Shown here one piece after another: positions 1 to 8,509 of a stretch of 64,000 nucleotides of DNA. The notes under the pieces were generated by a model, which saw only the letters and a program-made list of their open reading frames with translations, searched no databases and was not told where the DNA came from. Made by a program: the position numbers and the translations under genes. The stretch is from Nitrospirota bacterium (GTDB taxonomy: Bacteria > Nitrospirota > Thermodesulfovibrionia > Thermodesulfovibrionales > UBA6898): positions 38,234 to 102,233 of the forward strand of contig JAJZPM010000005.1 in the NCBI GenBank assembly GCA_021811105.1, read 5' to 3'. The stretch's first letter is position 1, and every line of letters begins with the position of its first letter.

Positions 1-126
1 TCGGAATATAATTACGGCGCCTGCTGGGTGGACCGAGACACTATGGTTACAAACAAGTATAAGAAGGTGAACAGGAGGTCCGGCATACCCCTGAGCGCAG
101 TTGACGGAGGGTTCTGGAGGCCTTGA
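1..126 (+). CDS. 3' end of an upstream gene cut by the window edge (41 codons + TGA); product not recognised
   Basis: Frame 1 is open from base 1 to TGA at 124-126 (...EYNYGACWVDRDTMVTNKYKKVNRRSGIPLSAVDGGFWRP*). It is absent from the ORF track because it has no start codon in the window. Confidence 0.3.
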   Translation, partial: SEYNYGACWVDRDTMVTNKYKKVNRRSGIPLSAVDGGFWRP

Positions 127-270
127 TAATGGGCGGTTGTGAAGTAACCGTTAGGCTTGACAAAATTCCAAGAAATGACTCCCGGTTCAGGTAGTCGCGG
201 ATTACAGCATGAAGCGCAATCATGCATTTCGATCAAGCCGGATTCCGTCTCTTCTCATGATTAAATATTA

Positions 271-1329
271 ATGATATTTCGCAAGATATATAAATTCCTC
301 TCATCGGCAAAACTTGCGCTAACGCTGCTGGTCGTAATACTTGTAAGCTGCCTGCTCGGTGTCACTATCTTCCGGGGTGAACGGGCTTGGGAAATGATCT
401 TTAACACGCTTTGGTTCAACGGACTCCTGGTATTGCTCGTGATGAACGTGGCGTTCTGTTTCTTTCCAAGGATGTGGGGCAGAAGACTAACGCTTATTTC
501 TCTCGGCATGGTCCTGTTTCATCTGAGTTTTGTCGCGATATTGGGCGGCATTATCTATAACAGTCTCTTTTATTTCAGGGGTCTGATCAGACTCACTGAA
601 GGGGAGACGCTCCTCAGCGGAAATCCACAAAGCTATGACTCTATCGAAAAAGGCAGGTATTTCAATTTTGGCCGGCTCAGGGGGGAGACGACGCTTATCA
701 GGATGCATAGCGGCTATAAGGTCGACGGGGTTGACAAGAGGGCGGCTTATGAAATTGCTGTAGGCGAGGGGATATCCAAAAAGCTTGGAATTATCTATAT
801 CACCCATAATCTCGATAACCAGGGCTTCAAGTACCTGCCCGACAGGGAAGGCTATTCCTTGCTCGTCATCCTCTACGACAAAAGGGGTCGGGAGCTTTAC
901 GGCGCTCATATCCCACTCCAAAGCCTTAAGCAGAGGGACGGTGGGTACTTGTATACGACTGGGACGAAGTATGCACCCGGAAGCTTTCCGTTTCCGCAGA
1001 ATCAGATGAAGCCCCTTTGGTCCCTTCAGGTTTCCTACCGCCCGGAGCCGAAAAAGGAGAGAGCTGGCGATGCGTTCTTTCAGGTCTGGCCGCTTAATAA
1101 TTCGGATGAAAGTCACTCTGGGAAGGTTACTGCCGAGGGCAAAGCTGCGGTCGGAGAAAAATTTGGGGTGGGAGATTATTATCTCGAGGTGAAGGAAGTC
1201 CGTTACTGGGCCGCTATGACCGTGCGTTATGAACCCGGGAAGCCGATTGTCCTGACAAGTCTTTGGGTGGCGCTGGCAGGGATAGTCATGACGTTCGTCG
1301 GACGGATGAGTAGGAAAAGAAAGGATTAA
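271..1329 (+). CDS. ResB/Ccs1-like cytochrome c biogenesis protein (System II), short form
   Basis: N-terminus MIFRKIYKFLSSAKLALTLLVVILVSCLLG is typical of the ResB family. It has TM segments at both ends and sits directly upstream of ccsA. Confidence 0.75.
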   Translation: MIFRKIYKFLSSAKLALTLLVVILVSCLLGVTIFRGERAWEMIFNTLWFNGLLVLLVMNVAFCFFPRMWGRRLTLISLGMVLFHLSFVAILGGIIYNSLFYFRGLIRLTEGETLLSGNPQSYDSIEKGRYFNFGRLRGETTLIRMHSGYKVDGVDKRAAYEIAVGEGISKKLGIIYITHNLDNQGFKYLPDREGYSLLVILYDKRGRELYGAHIPLQSLKQRDGGYLYTTGTKYAPGSFPFPQNQMKPLWSLQVSYRPEPKKERAGDAFFQVWPLNNSDESHSGKVTAEGKAAVGEKFGVGDYYLEVKEVRYWAAMTVRYEPGKPIVLTSLWVALAGIVMTFVGRMSRKRKD

Positions 1330-1529
1330 GAAGGCCGGTCCTTGTTATGTCACCCTCTATTTAATTCAGGGTCTCGTCTATGCGGGGAGACAGTGATGCC
1401 GAACGACCCTGTCATGAGGAGATTCCGAACCAGGTTCAGGGTTAGCGTGACATAGAGCGACGGGACTGAAATTGTTTTAACATGTGAAATTGTGTTTAAA
1501 TAATACGTTATATAAGTCATATCTTTGAG

Positions 1530-2360
1530 GTGCATATGAAGCCCGAATTTGTATTTTTTTGGATTGCCGTGGCGCTGTATGGGGTGAGTGCATTCAGTTA
1601 TATTTTTGGCCTTATTTCGGGCTCCGGGAAGCTTTTTACTTTCGGACTGTTTGCCGCCCTCGCCGGGCTTGTTCCGCATACTGTTGTGATGGCCCTCCGA
1701 TGGTCCGAGACGGGGATATCTCCTTTTATCTCGATATCCGAGTCGATTACCTTAGGCATGTTCATGACGGTCCTCTTCTTTCTCATCTTTCAGTTCAGCA
1801 CAAAAAAAGTGAGGCCCCTGGGCGTCCTCATTATGCCGGTCGCGTTTGTCCTAATGGGTTGGGCCGGAACGCTCTTGAAGGGAGCTGCAAATACGCTTGT
1901 GCCGGCCTTGCAGAGCGCCTGGATATGGGTCCACATCATCGGCGCGTCAACGGGTTTTAGCTCGGTCCTGATCGCTGCCGGCCTGGGATTGATGTATCTG
2001 CTCAAAGAGAAAAAGTCAGGGGGGATATACGAAAAACTGCCCGACCTGCAGTCCCTCGATAATCTAAGTTACCGGTTTGTTGCCGGCGGATTTATCATGT
2101 ATGGGCTTATGATTGTATCGGGCGCTTTTTGGGCGAACCAGGTGAAGGGAAGTTACTGGAACTGGGACCCTGTCGAGGTCTGGTCTCTTGTATCGTGGCT
2201 TACATACGGAATATATCTGCATCTTCGTATAACCATGCATTGGCGCGGCAGGCGCCTGGCGTGGTACGCGCTGATCGCCATGCTGGCGATGATAGTAAGT
2301 TATTGGGGCATCCCGTTTAGCGTTGAAACGTTCCATCAGGGCTTCAGGATTGAGCATTGA
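1530..2360 (+). CDS. ccsA: Cytochrome c-type biogenesis protein CcsA/ResC (heme handling)
   Basis: Polytopic membrane protein with the W-rich heme motif GSYWNWDPVEVWSLVSWLTYGIYLHLR. Confidence 0.9.
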   Translation: MHMKPEFVFFWIAVALYGVSAFSYIFGLISGSGKLFTFGLFAALAGLVPHTVVMALRWSETGISPFISISESITLGMFMTVLFFLIFQFSTKKVRPLGVLIMPVAFVLMGWAGTLLKGAANTLVPALQSAWIWVHIIGASTGFSSVLIAAGLGLMYLLKEKKSGGIYEKLPDLQSLDNLSYRFVAGGFIMYGLMIVSGAFWANQVKGSYWNWDPVEVWSLVSWLTYGIYLHLRITMHWRGRRLAWYALIAMLAMIVSYWGIPFSVETFHQGFRIEH

Positions 2361-2411
2361 ATATAGCGATTAGCCTTCAGCCATCAGCGGTCAGGTGTCA
2401 GCTCCTGAATG

Positions 2412-2426
2412 CTGATTACTGATAGC
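2412..2426 (+). repeat. 15-mer CTGAWWACTGATAGC, copy 1 (ctgattactgatagc), 22 nt upstream of the ATG at 2448
   Basis: Direct reading. The same 15-mer recurs at 3389-3403 and 4887-4901. Confidence 0.85.
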
Positions 2427-2447
2427 TTTTTAGGAGGAGAAATAGTA

Positions 2448-2939
2448 ATGCGCAAATTATTATTGTTGCTGCTTATTGTCGGGCTCATTTTGGGTGCGGG
2501 CGCTTGCAAAAAGGGAGTGACTGACAGCCCCGATAAACAGAAAGTCGAGAAGCCGGCTGCCGGAACGCCGAACGCCGGACTTATTGACTTTATAAAAAAA
2601 CAGAAACTGGTCAACTATCAATCGACTACCATCGGAAATGCTTTTGATTCATATAGCTATCTGACAAAAAAGGAATGGAAGGTAGAACAACAGAAGAGCG
2701 GCCCTTTCACTATTGATTTTATCGGATGGTTTGGGTCGGACGCGTTGAAGGACGAAGATATCAAGAAAGGCGTTACGGGCAAGGGACTCGACGTGATGTT
2801 CGTGATCGAGCCCAATGGCTCATTTTATGCGTTTATGGCTTCGATACTTGAGGCTAGGAATGACGGCAAGATATATCGGAATCAGCTGGCCGATACTGCC
2901 GGCGTACTGGCCAAGATTTATGGAAATCAGAAAATATGA
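2448..2939 (+). CDS. Hypothetical lipoprotein
   Basis: AGGAGG lies upstream. MRKLLLLLLIVGLILGAGAC is a signal peptide with a lipobox-like Cys. The ORF track start at 2409 is probably too early. Confidence 0.6.
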   Translation: MRKLLLLLLIVGLILGAGACKKGVTDSPDKQKVEKPAAGTPNAGLIDFIKKQKLVNYQSTTIGNAFDSYSYLTKKEWKVEQQKSGPFTIDFIGWFGSDALKDEDIKKGVTGKGLDVMFVIEPNGSFYAFMASILEARNDGKIYRNQLADTAGVLAKIYGNQKI

Positions 2940-2944
2940 GAAGA

Positions 2945-2977
2945 GCAGCTATCAGCCGTCAGCGGTCAGCAATCAGC
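2945..2977. repeat. TCAGC-rich element containing GCTATCAG, the left inverted arm flanking the four-helix-bundle gene
   Basis: gcagctatcagccgtcagcggtcagcaatcagc. GCTATCAG is the reverse complement of the CTGATAGC at 3396-3403. Confidence 0.7.
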
Positions 2978-3009
2978 GCGGACAAAACTGAATACTAATA
3001 GGCAATCTA

Positions 3010-3399
3010 ATGCGCGATTTTAGAGAACTGAAGGTGTGGCAAAAAAGCCATGCGTTGACGAGGGCAGTTTACAAAGCCACCACAGTCTTTCCCAAAGAAG
3101 AAATTTATGGTTTGACGAGTCAGCTCCGACGAGCCTCCGTTTCCATTCCGGCTAATGTGGCAGAAGGCTGCTGCCGAAAAGGGAAGGATGATTTTGCCCG
3201 TTTTCTTCAGATAGCCGCCGGTTCTGCCAGTGAACTTGAGTATTTGTTGCTTCTGTCATATGAAATTGAGTTGTTAAAAGAGGCTCAGTATGAGCTTCTT
3301 TCGAGTCAGGTCACGGAAGTGAAGCGCATGCTGACATCTTTCATGCAAAAGCTAAGAGCTGGTGAAGTGCCGGCCTCTGACTTCAAAACTGATAACTGA
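3010..3399 (+). CDS. Four-helix bundle protein (23S rRNA intervening-sequence protein family)
   Basis: FRELKVWQKSHALTRAVYKAT...LTSQLRRASVSIPANVAEG...GSASELEYLLLLS is the characteristic family signature. Confidence 0.9.
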   Translation: MRDFRELKVWQKSHALTRAVYKATTVFPKEEIYGLTSQLRRASVSIPANVAEGCCRKGKDDFARFLQIAAGSASELEYLLLLSYEIELLKEAQYELLSSQVTEVKRMLTSFMQKLRAGEVPASDFKTDN

Positions 3400-3403
3400 T
3401 AGC
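3389..3403 (+). repeat. 15-mer CTGAWWACTGATAGC, copy 2 (ctgataactgatagc); it overlaps the 4HB stop codon and lies 12 nt upstream of the ATG at 3415
   Basis: Direct reading. Confidence 0.85.
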
Positions 3404-3414
3404 TTTTTTTTGAT

Positions 3415-4758
3415 ATGAAACTCGCTATCATTTTCCCGCCTTTGCCTTTCGGCTGGACCCCTGTGGCCCCGCCGAGTCTCGAATATATTGCAGCCCTCAC
3501 CCGGAGGGTGGATCCTGATATTGAAATAGCACTGATCAGCGCAGGCGCCGACCCGGATGCTGTCGAAAGGCTGGAGTGCGACCTTGCTGCCATCAGCATC
3601 CTGACTCCTACGGCTGTGGGAGGGTACAAAATAGCTGAAAAGCTGCGGGCGCGGGGGATCAAGATTGTCTTCGGCAATATGCACGCCTCGGCGATGCCTG
3701 AAGAAGCCAAACAGCATGGGGACGCGGTGGTGATCGGGGAGGCCGAATCGGTATGGCCGGCGGTGCTGCGCGATTTTCGCGCCGGAAGGTTGAAGCCTTT
3801 TTACCGGGGAGATCAGATATCCCTCGACGATTTGCCTACGCCGCTATATGGAATGCTTAAAGGCAAACGCAAGCACCAATTCCGGATCGTGAATACTTCC
3901 CGCGGCTGCCCCTATAACTGTACCTTCTGTTCGGTCAAGCCGTTCTACGGACCGAGGATACGTTTCAGGCCAATCGATCATGTCGTGCGCGATGTGGCCG
4001 CCATACCGGAAAAGATGTACATAAACGGTGACGAAAACATCTGGTGGACCGGCAAGGCGGAGCGTGCGATAGATCTTTTTACCGCGCTCAAAGGAAGCGG
4101 CAAGCGTTGGATGGGGTTTGGCAGTCTTGGGCCTGTGCTTTCACCGGTCGGGTCCCGTATGCTGAACGCAGCCAGGGAGAGCGGACTACTTTCCCTATGG
4201 GTCGGATGGGAGTCCCTGACCGCCGACGGATTAAAGGCATACTCGGCCAGCGGCAAGATCGGCGTAGACCGGGAGCGGGCGGTGAAGACGCTCAGGGACC
4301 ATGGGATCGATGTTTCGCTTTTTTATATGCTCGGCAGCCGTCATGATTCGATGGAAGACTTTAAACGGTCCGTGGAGATTGCAGACAGGCTTGGCGTCAG
4401 CATGCATCCTTCCCTGACTGTTCCTTATCCGGGGACTAAGCTGCGCGAACAGTATGATGCGTATCTTTACAAGGATTTGGGCTGGGAATATTATAATGGA
4501 GCATATGCGCTGTTCGAGCATCCGGAGCCGGATATGACCCCGGAAGTCCGCGAAGAGCGGTTCTTCGAGACTGCGCTTGAGCTGCTGAGCCTCGGGCGGG
4601 TATTGCGGCATATGAAGAACGTCCCTCTGCGGAGCTTCCCGCACGCACATATACTTTCGCTTATGTCCCAGTTGCCTGTCAGGCACGGCATGAAGATAGC
4701 GTATGAAAAATGGAAGGCAGAGAGAAAATTGGTGGCCGAAAAAAGGCGTAAGATATGA
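3415..4758 (+). CDS. B12-binding-domain radical SAM protein (class B), paralogue 1
   Basis: The N-terminal MKLAIIFPPLPFGW...LEYIAA region resembles a B12-binding domain. The CxxxCxxC motif is NTSRGCPYNCTFCSV. It is clearly paralogous to 6961-8367. Confidence 0.85.
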   Translation: MKLAIIFPPLPFGWTPVAPPSLEYIAALTRRVDPDIEIALISAGADPDAVERLECDLAAISILTPTAVGGYKIAEKLRARGIKIVFGNMHASAMPEEAKQHGDAVVIGEAESVWPAVLRDFRAGRLKPFYRGDQISLDDLPTPLYGMLKGKRKHQFRIVNTSRGCPYNCTFCSVKPFYGPRIRFRPIDHVVRDVAAIPEKMYINGDENIWWTGKAERAIDLFTALKGSGKRWMGFGSLGPVLSPVGSRMLNAARESGLLSLWVGWESLTADGLKAYSASGKIGVDRERAVKTLRDHGIDVSLFYMLGSRHDSMEDFKRSVEIADRLGVSMHPSLTVPYPGTKLREQYDAYLYKDLGWEYYNGAYALFEHPEPDMTPEVREERFFETALELLSLGRVLRHMKNVPLRSFPHAHILSLMSQLPVRHGMKIAYEKWKAERKLVAEKRRKI

Positions 4759-4761
4759 TCG

Positions 4762-4860
4762 ATGAAGACATTTGATTATGAAATCCCTCCCAACCTCCCT
4801 TTGTAAAGGGAGGAAAGTTCCCCATCGTTGGCAAAGAGGGAAAGGGGGAGTTTTTTTTAT
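4762..4860 (+). repeat. Dispersed hairpin repeat, copy 1 (ATGAAGACATT..AAATCCCTCCCAACCTCCCTTTG-TAAAGGGAGG..GGGGGAGTTTTTTTT)
   Basis: Shares long identical blocks with 57576-57750 and 12650-12805. It contains the CCTCCCTTTGTAAAGGGAGG hairpin. Confidence 0.8.
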
Positions 4861-4886
4861 TATGTCATCATGCTGAAAGCTGACAG

Positions 4887-4901
4887 CTGAAAACTGATAG
4901 C
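4887..4901 (+). repeat. 15-mer CTGAWWACTGATAGC, copy 3 (ctgaaaactgatagc), 22 nt upstream of the ATG at 4923
   Basis: Direct reading. Confidence 0.85.
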
Positions 4902-4922
4902 CGATTAAGGAGGTCATTGCCT

Positions 4923-6419
4923 ATGTCCGAACAGCCATCAACCCCAATAAATAATTCCGAAGCCGAGCGCCATCGTCTCACCGAGGACGTGCTCAGATTT
5001 ATCGAGGCGGGGGTGGACTCCGAGGTCCCGGATTTTAATGACTACGCGCTCAGGATGTTCGCTCTTCACTATGAGGTGAATAGCATCTTCAGGGAGTTCT
5101 GTGACGCCAAGAAGGTGAAGCCGGGCGACATTAATCGCTGGGAAGATATCCCGATGGTCTACAACGACGTCTTCAAAACACATCTTGTCGCCTCGTTTCC
5201 TCTGGAAAAATCCGTAATGGCGTGTCTGACCGGCGGTACCACAAGCCTGACCCAGCGGGGCCGCATCTTCCGCGATGAAGACGGCAAACGGCTTGTCTTT
5301 TCGGCAAACAAGATGATGACCGGCTCGTACCTCTTCCCGGACTTCGAAGCCGGCGGGCGATGCCGCATTCTCGTCCTTGCGCCGAGTCCGGAAATGGCGC
5401 CTTCCATGGGTATGGCTATAGGCATAGACCAGACACGCCGCCATTTCGGTACGCCCGACAGCAAGTTTCTTCTGGGGAAGTCGGGCATCCATATCAATGA
5501 GCTTCTGAAGGCGCTGCGTGAGTCGGAGGCGAGCGGTGTCCCCGTGGCGCTGATAGGGGCCACGTCGGCCTATGTCTATTTCTTTCAGGCCTGCCGCCGC
5601 AAGAAGATGAAGTTCTGCCTGCCGCCCGGCAGCCGGATATGCGACGGCGGCGGGTATAGAGGGCGTTTTGGAAAGTTGACCCGAGCCGACTACTATGCTA
5701 TGGTGCAGGAGACGCTTGGCATACCCGGGAGCCACTGTGTAAACGTGCTCGGCGAGGCCGAGACGGCAACGAACCTCTTTGACGATTCCCTTCGCAGGAA
5801 GGTGAAGGGCCTGCCTTTTCGCGAGCGGTCGCGGCCGGTGCCGCCGTGGTGCAGGGTGCGGGCTATGAGCATAGATGATCTCAGCCCCCTTCCCGACGGC
5901 GAGATCGGGCTTCTTGCGCACTGGGACCTGGCCAATGTGCCGACCGTACTCGCAGTGATTACCGATAATCTCGGATACACGACTGACAATGGCAGGGGCT
6001 GCGAGATGGTGGGCAGGGCAAAGATCGAAAACGGCAAGGTCTCTCCGCTTCCTGACGAGACTGCCGGTAGTCCTATGGGCGACTCCATGATCTTCAGGAT
6101 GCTCGAACGGTATGTGAACTTTTCGATCGAGCTGAAGATGGCCATGGCCAAGAGCCCCGAAGTCGAGCCGAGCGTGCGCGAGGAGGTCGAAGCAAGGCCC
6201 GGATCTCTCCCCTCCTGTCCCCAGGTGGTGGACGAGATCCTCGTTTCGCAGCAGGAGGCCGAGGCGGCCGAGATGCGCGACGAGGCCCTCGGCGCGTTCA
6301 AGGACCAGACGGACCGGCCCCTTGAGTGGTTCGAAGAAGAGGCAAAGAAGCAGAAACTGGCTGACCACCCCGCAGGCCTCAAGTCGGAGAAGCCGGGTAA
6401 GAAGGAGGGGAAAAAATAG
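4923..6419 (+). CDS. LuxE/PaaK-like acyl-adenylate-forming enzyme (acyl-protein synthetase family) with a ~90-aa charged C-terminal tail
   Basis: AAGGAGG lies 9 nt before the ATG at 4923. The overall N-terminal pattern (FALHYE.N..FREFC...W.DIP.V....FK) and the LTGGTTS.TQRG P-loop-like motif resemble the LuxE family. Family assignment is from memory, not a search. Confidence 0.55.
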   Translation: MSEQPSTPINNSEAERHRLTEDVLRFIEAGVDSEVPDFNDYALRMFALHYEVNSIFREFCDAKKVKPGDINRWEDIPMVYNDVFKTHLVASFPLEKSVMACLTGGTTSLTQRGRIFRDEDGKRLVFSANKMMTGSYLFPDFEAGGRCRILVLAPSPEMAPSMGMAIGIDQTRRHFGTPDSKFLLGKSGIHINELLKALRESEASGVPVALIGATSAYVYFFQACRRKKMKFCLPPGSRICDGGGYRGRFGKLTRADYYAMVQETLGIPGSHCVNVLGEAETATNLFDDSLRRKVKGLPFRERSRPVPPWCRVRAMSIDDLSPLPDGEIGLLAHWDLANVPTVLAVITDNLGYTTDNGRGCEMVGRAKIENGKVSPLPDETAGSPMGDSMIFRMLERYVNFSIELKMAMAKSPEVEPSVREEVEARPGSLPSCPQVVDEILVSQQEAEAAEMRDEALGAFKDQTDRPLEWFEEEAKKQKLADHPAGLKSEKPGKKEGKK

Positions 6420-6559
6420 GAAAGAATGGAAACAGTCTCAAAGTTATTTCCTTGGTTATTCCGTGCCATGCTCCTGTGCGGTAAGAAATTGCGTTTTGGT
6501 AACCGTCCGGACCGGGTAACGGGCATTGACCTTTCCTCCGGCTTCTGTTATTTTCTTAC

Positions 6560-6832
6560 ATGCCTTTGAAATGTGCCGGGAATATCCTTCGACTGACTGC
6601 TGCGGTGATGCTGTTGTCGGTCACATCGCTATCGCTGTATGTCGACTTTCCGCGGGATGCCTCTTCGCTTGAAGTGAACGACGATTGTTTCGACTTTGAC
6701 GACCTGGAGTTGATCCCTCAAGTCTATCAGTTTGATGGGTCTTTCTTTCGGGGCATAAGAATGTCTCACGATTTTTTGTCCCCTGCCGATGAAGTTTTCA
6801 TCGCTTCAATTTTCAGACCTCCCGTAATGTAG
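6560..6832 (+). CDS. Hypothetical small protein with an N-terminal hydrophobic anchor and an acidic middle
   Basis: 90-aa ORF. TTGACC-17-TATTTT (6526-6554) ends 6 nt before the ATG, giving a leaderless-like arrangement. No family recognised. Confidence 0.3.
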   Translation: MPLKCAGNILRLTAAVMLLSVTSLSLYVDFPRDASSLEVNDDCFDFDDLELIPQVYQFDGSFFRGIRMSHDFLSPADEVFIASIFRPPVM

Positions 6833-6960
6833 CGTCCATTCTCCCTTCCCCAGAAAGCCTTTTTGGGCCTCATCTGAAGAGGGAGTATAGCGTCTTCATT
6901 TTATTGCATCGTCCGAAGACAGTTTGTCTGCAATGACGAACGAAGGAGGTTGACATTATT

Positions 6961-8367
6961 ATGGATTCGACAGCTGAAATACGCTACGAGCATGGAAGTC
7001 GTCAGACGACGTTTATTGAACCGGAATCCGGCGGGAATGCCAATACAAGCGGCAGTTCAGGAGGCATGAAGGTCACGCTCATATCTCCTGCCTTTCCTTT
7101 CTCGGGCCGCGTTCCAATGGTGCCGCCGGTGCTCGAATATCTCGGGGCGCTGACTTTGAAGGAGGCGCCCGACGCCGAAGTCACCCTCATCGATGCTAAC
7201 GTCAACGAGCCTGCTCCGGAGCAGATCGAAGCCGACCTTGTCGGCATCAGTGCAATGACTGCTACCGTCACCTGGGCCTATGCGTTCAGCGACGCGCTCA
7301 GGGGACTCGGCAAGAAGGTTGCGCTCGGCGGCATCCATCCCACTGCGCTTCCGCAGGAGGCGAAGGAGCATGCTGATGCGGTTGTGGTGGGGGAGGCGGA
7401 GTCCGTCTGGCGGCAGGTATTGAATGACGTCTCACGCGGGAACTTGAAGCCGTTTTATCATGGGGAACGGATTCCCCTTGATGGGCTGCCGCTGCCGCTT
7501 GCCGGCGCACTGAAAGGGCCATACCACTTCAGGGCCGTCTTTACGGCCCGTGGCTGCCCCTACCGGTGTTCATTCTGCTCGGTGAGAAAATTTTTCGGAG
7601 ATACCATCAGATACCGTCCGATCGACAGCGTGGCAGAGGAAGTCGAGAAATGCGCCGGCAAGGTTTATTTCAACGGGGACGACAATATATGGGGCGGAGA
7701 TATCAAGCGCTCGATCGAATTATTTACCGAACTGTCTCGCGGCTCGAAGAAATACTGGTACGGGTTCGGCGACCTTCGGGCGCCGCAGGGCAGAGAGGGG
7801 GAGAATATGTTGAAGGCGGCCCGGAAGAGCGGCCTCTTTTCCGTCTGGGCCGGATGGGAGACTTCGTCGAGCGAAGGCCTCAAGGGCTACCGGGCATCAG
7901 CAAAACAGGGGACGAACCGTGAGGAGGCGATCAGGCGCATTAAAGATCACGGGATCAATGTTACCCTCTTTGTCGTGCTCGGCGGTAGGAGCGACACGCG
8001 CGACGATTTCAACTATGCACTGGAGCTTTCGGAAAGGCTTGGCGTGGGCATTCATCCCGTGCTATTGACGCCTCTGCCCGGAACGGAACTGTATGATGAG
8101 TATAAACCCTACCTTTTCCGGGAGAAGGGATGGGACAATTACACCGGTGTCAATGCGGTGTTCGATCACCCTACGATGACGGCCCGGGAACGAGAGGAGG
8201 CCTTTTATCAGACCTCGCTTTCCCTTTTAAGCTGGAAGAGAATCTGGAAGCACCTCCTCGACACCCCGCGCGGGGGGTTCCCGATGAACCACCTGCTGTT
8301 GCTCATGGAGAAGGTCCCCATGAGGAGGGCGATGAGGAAGGCTTACAGGGGATGGTGTACTGCATAG
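6961..8367 (+). CDS. B12-binding-domain radical SAM protein (class B), paralogue 2
   Basis: FTARGCPYRCSFCSV, with long colinear similarity to 3415-4758 (GEAESVW..VL.D...G.LKPFY.G). GAAGGAGG lies upstream. Confidence 0.85.
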   Translation: MDSTAEIRYEHGSRQTTFIEPESGGNANTSGSSGGMKVTLISPAFPFSGRVPMVPPVLEYLGALTLKEAPDAEVTLIDANVNEPAPEQIEADLVGISAMTATVTWAYAFSDALRGLGKKVALGGIHPTALPQEAKEHADAVVVGEAESVWRQVLNDVSRGNLKPFYHGERIPLDGLPLPLAGALKGPYHFRAVFTARGCPYRCSFCSVRKFFGDTIRYRPIDSVAEEVEKCAGKVYFNGDDNIWGGDIKRSIELFTELSRGSKKYWYGFGDLRAPQGREGENMLKAARKSGLFSVWAGWETSSSEGLKGYRASAKQGTNREEAIRRIKDHGINVTLFVVLGGRSDTRDDFNYALELSERLGVGIHPVLLTPLPGTELYDEYKPYLFREKGWDNYTGVNAVFDHPTMTAREREEAFYQTSLSLLSWKRIWKHLLDTPRGGFPMNHLLLLMEKVPMRRAMRKAYRGWCTA

Positions 8368-8398
8368 GGGCCCCCATTTCCGGAAGGGGTATGCTATT

Positions 8399-8509
8399 AT
8401 GAAAAGTGATCTTCTATGGCGCTCTGCTACTGTATTTCAGTCCGAGGTTGCTGAAATGACCTGCGCTCATGGTTGCGGAAAATCTTCGGATGAAGGCCTG
8501 GACAAATGA
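8399..8509 (+). CDS. Candidate 36-aa sORF (MKSDLLWRSATVFQSEVAEMTCAHGCGKSSDEGLDK) with an ATGA overlap onto the next gene
   Basis: Found by hand translation. GGAAGGGG lies 9 nt upstream, and its TGA overlaps the ATG at 8506. It is below the ORF-track length cutoff. Confidence 0.25.
   Translation: MKSDLLWRSATVFQSEVAEMTCAHGCGKSSDEGLDK

Noticed and set aside
4938-6368. 476-aa minus-strand ORF antisense to the LuxE-like gene. Similar long antisense ORFs occur at 59538-61199 (vs ftsH), 39867-41042 (vs atpG/atpD), 34766-36169 (vs mutS2), 48604-49791 and 47048-48067 (vs RR/HK), 19462-20616 (vs YedE) and 50297-51220 (vs amidohydrolase).
   Set aside because: Each lies wholly opposite a gene with unmistakable family motifs. 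Their translations are Arg/Pro/Gly/His-rich and low in complexity, as expected for stop-poor antisense frames in GC-rich DNA.
6426-6569. 47-aa ORF (METVSKLFPWLFRAMLLCGKKLRFGN...) right after the LuxE-like gene. The 65-aa ORF at 8930-9127 was also considered.
   Set aside because: Neither has a recognisable family, and SD support is weak. They overlap promoter-like or SD sequences of neighbouring genes. I cannot distinguish them from chance ORFs without comparative data.
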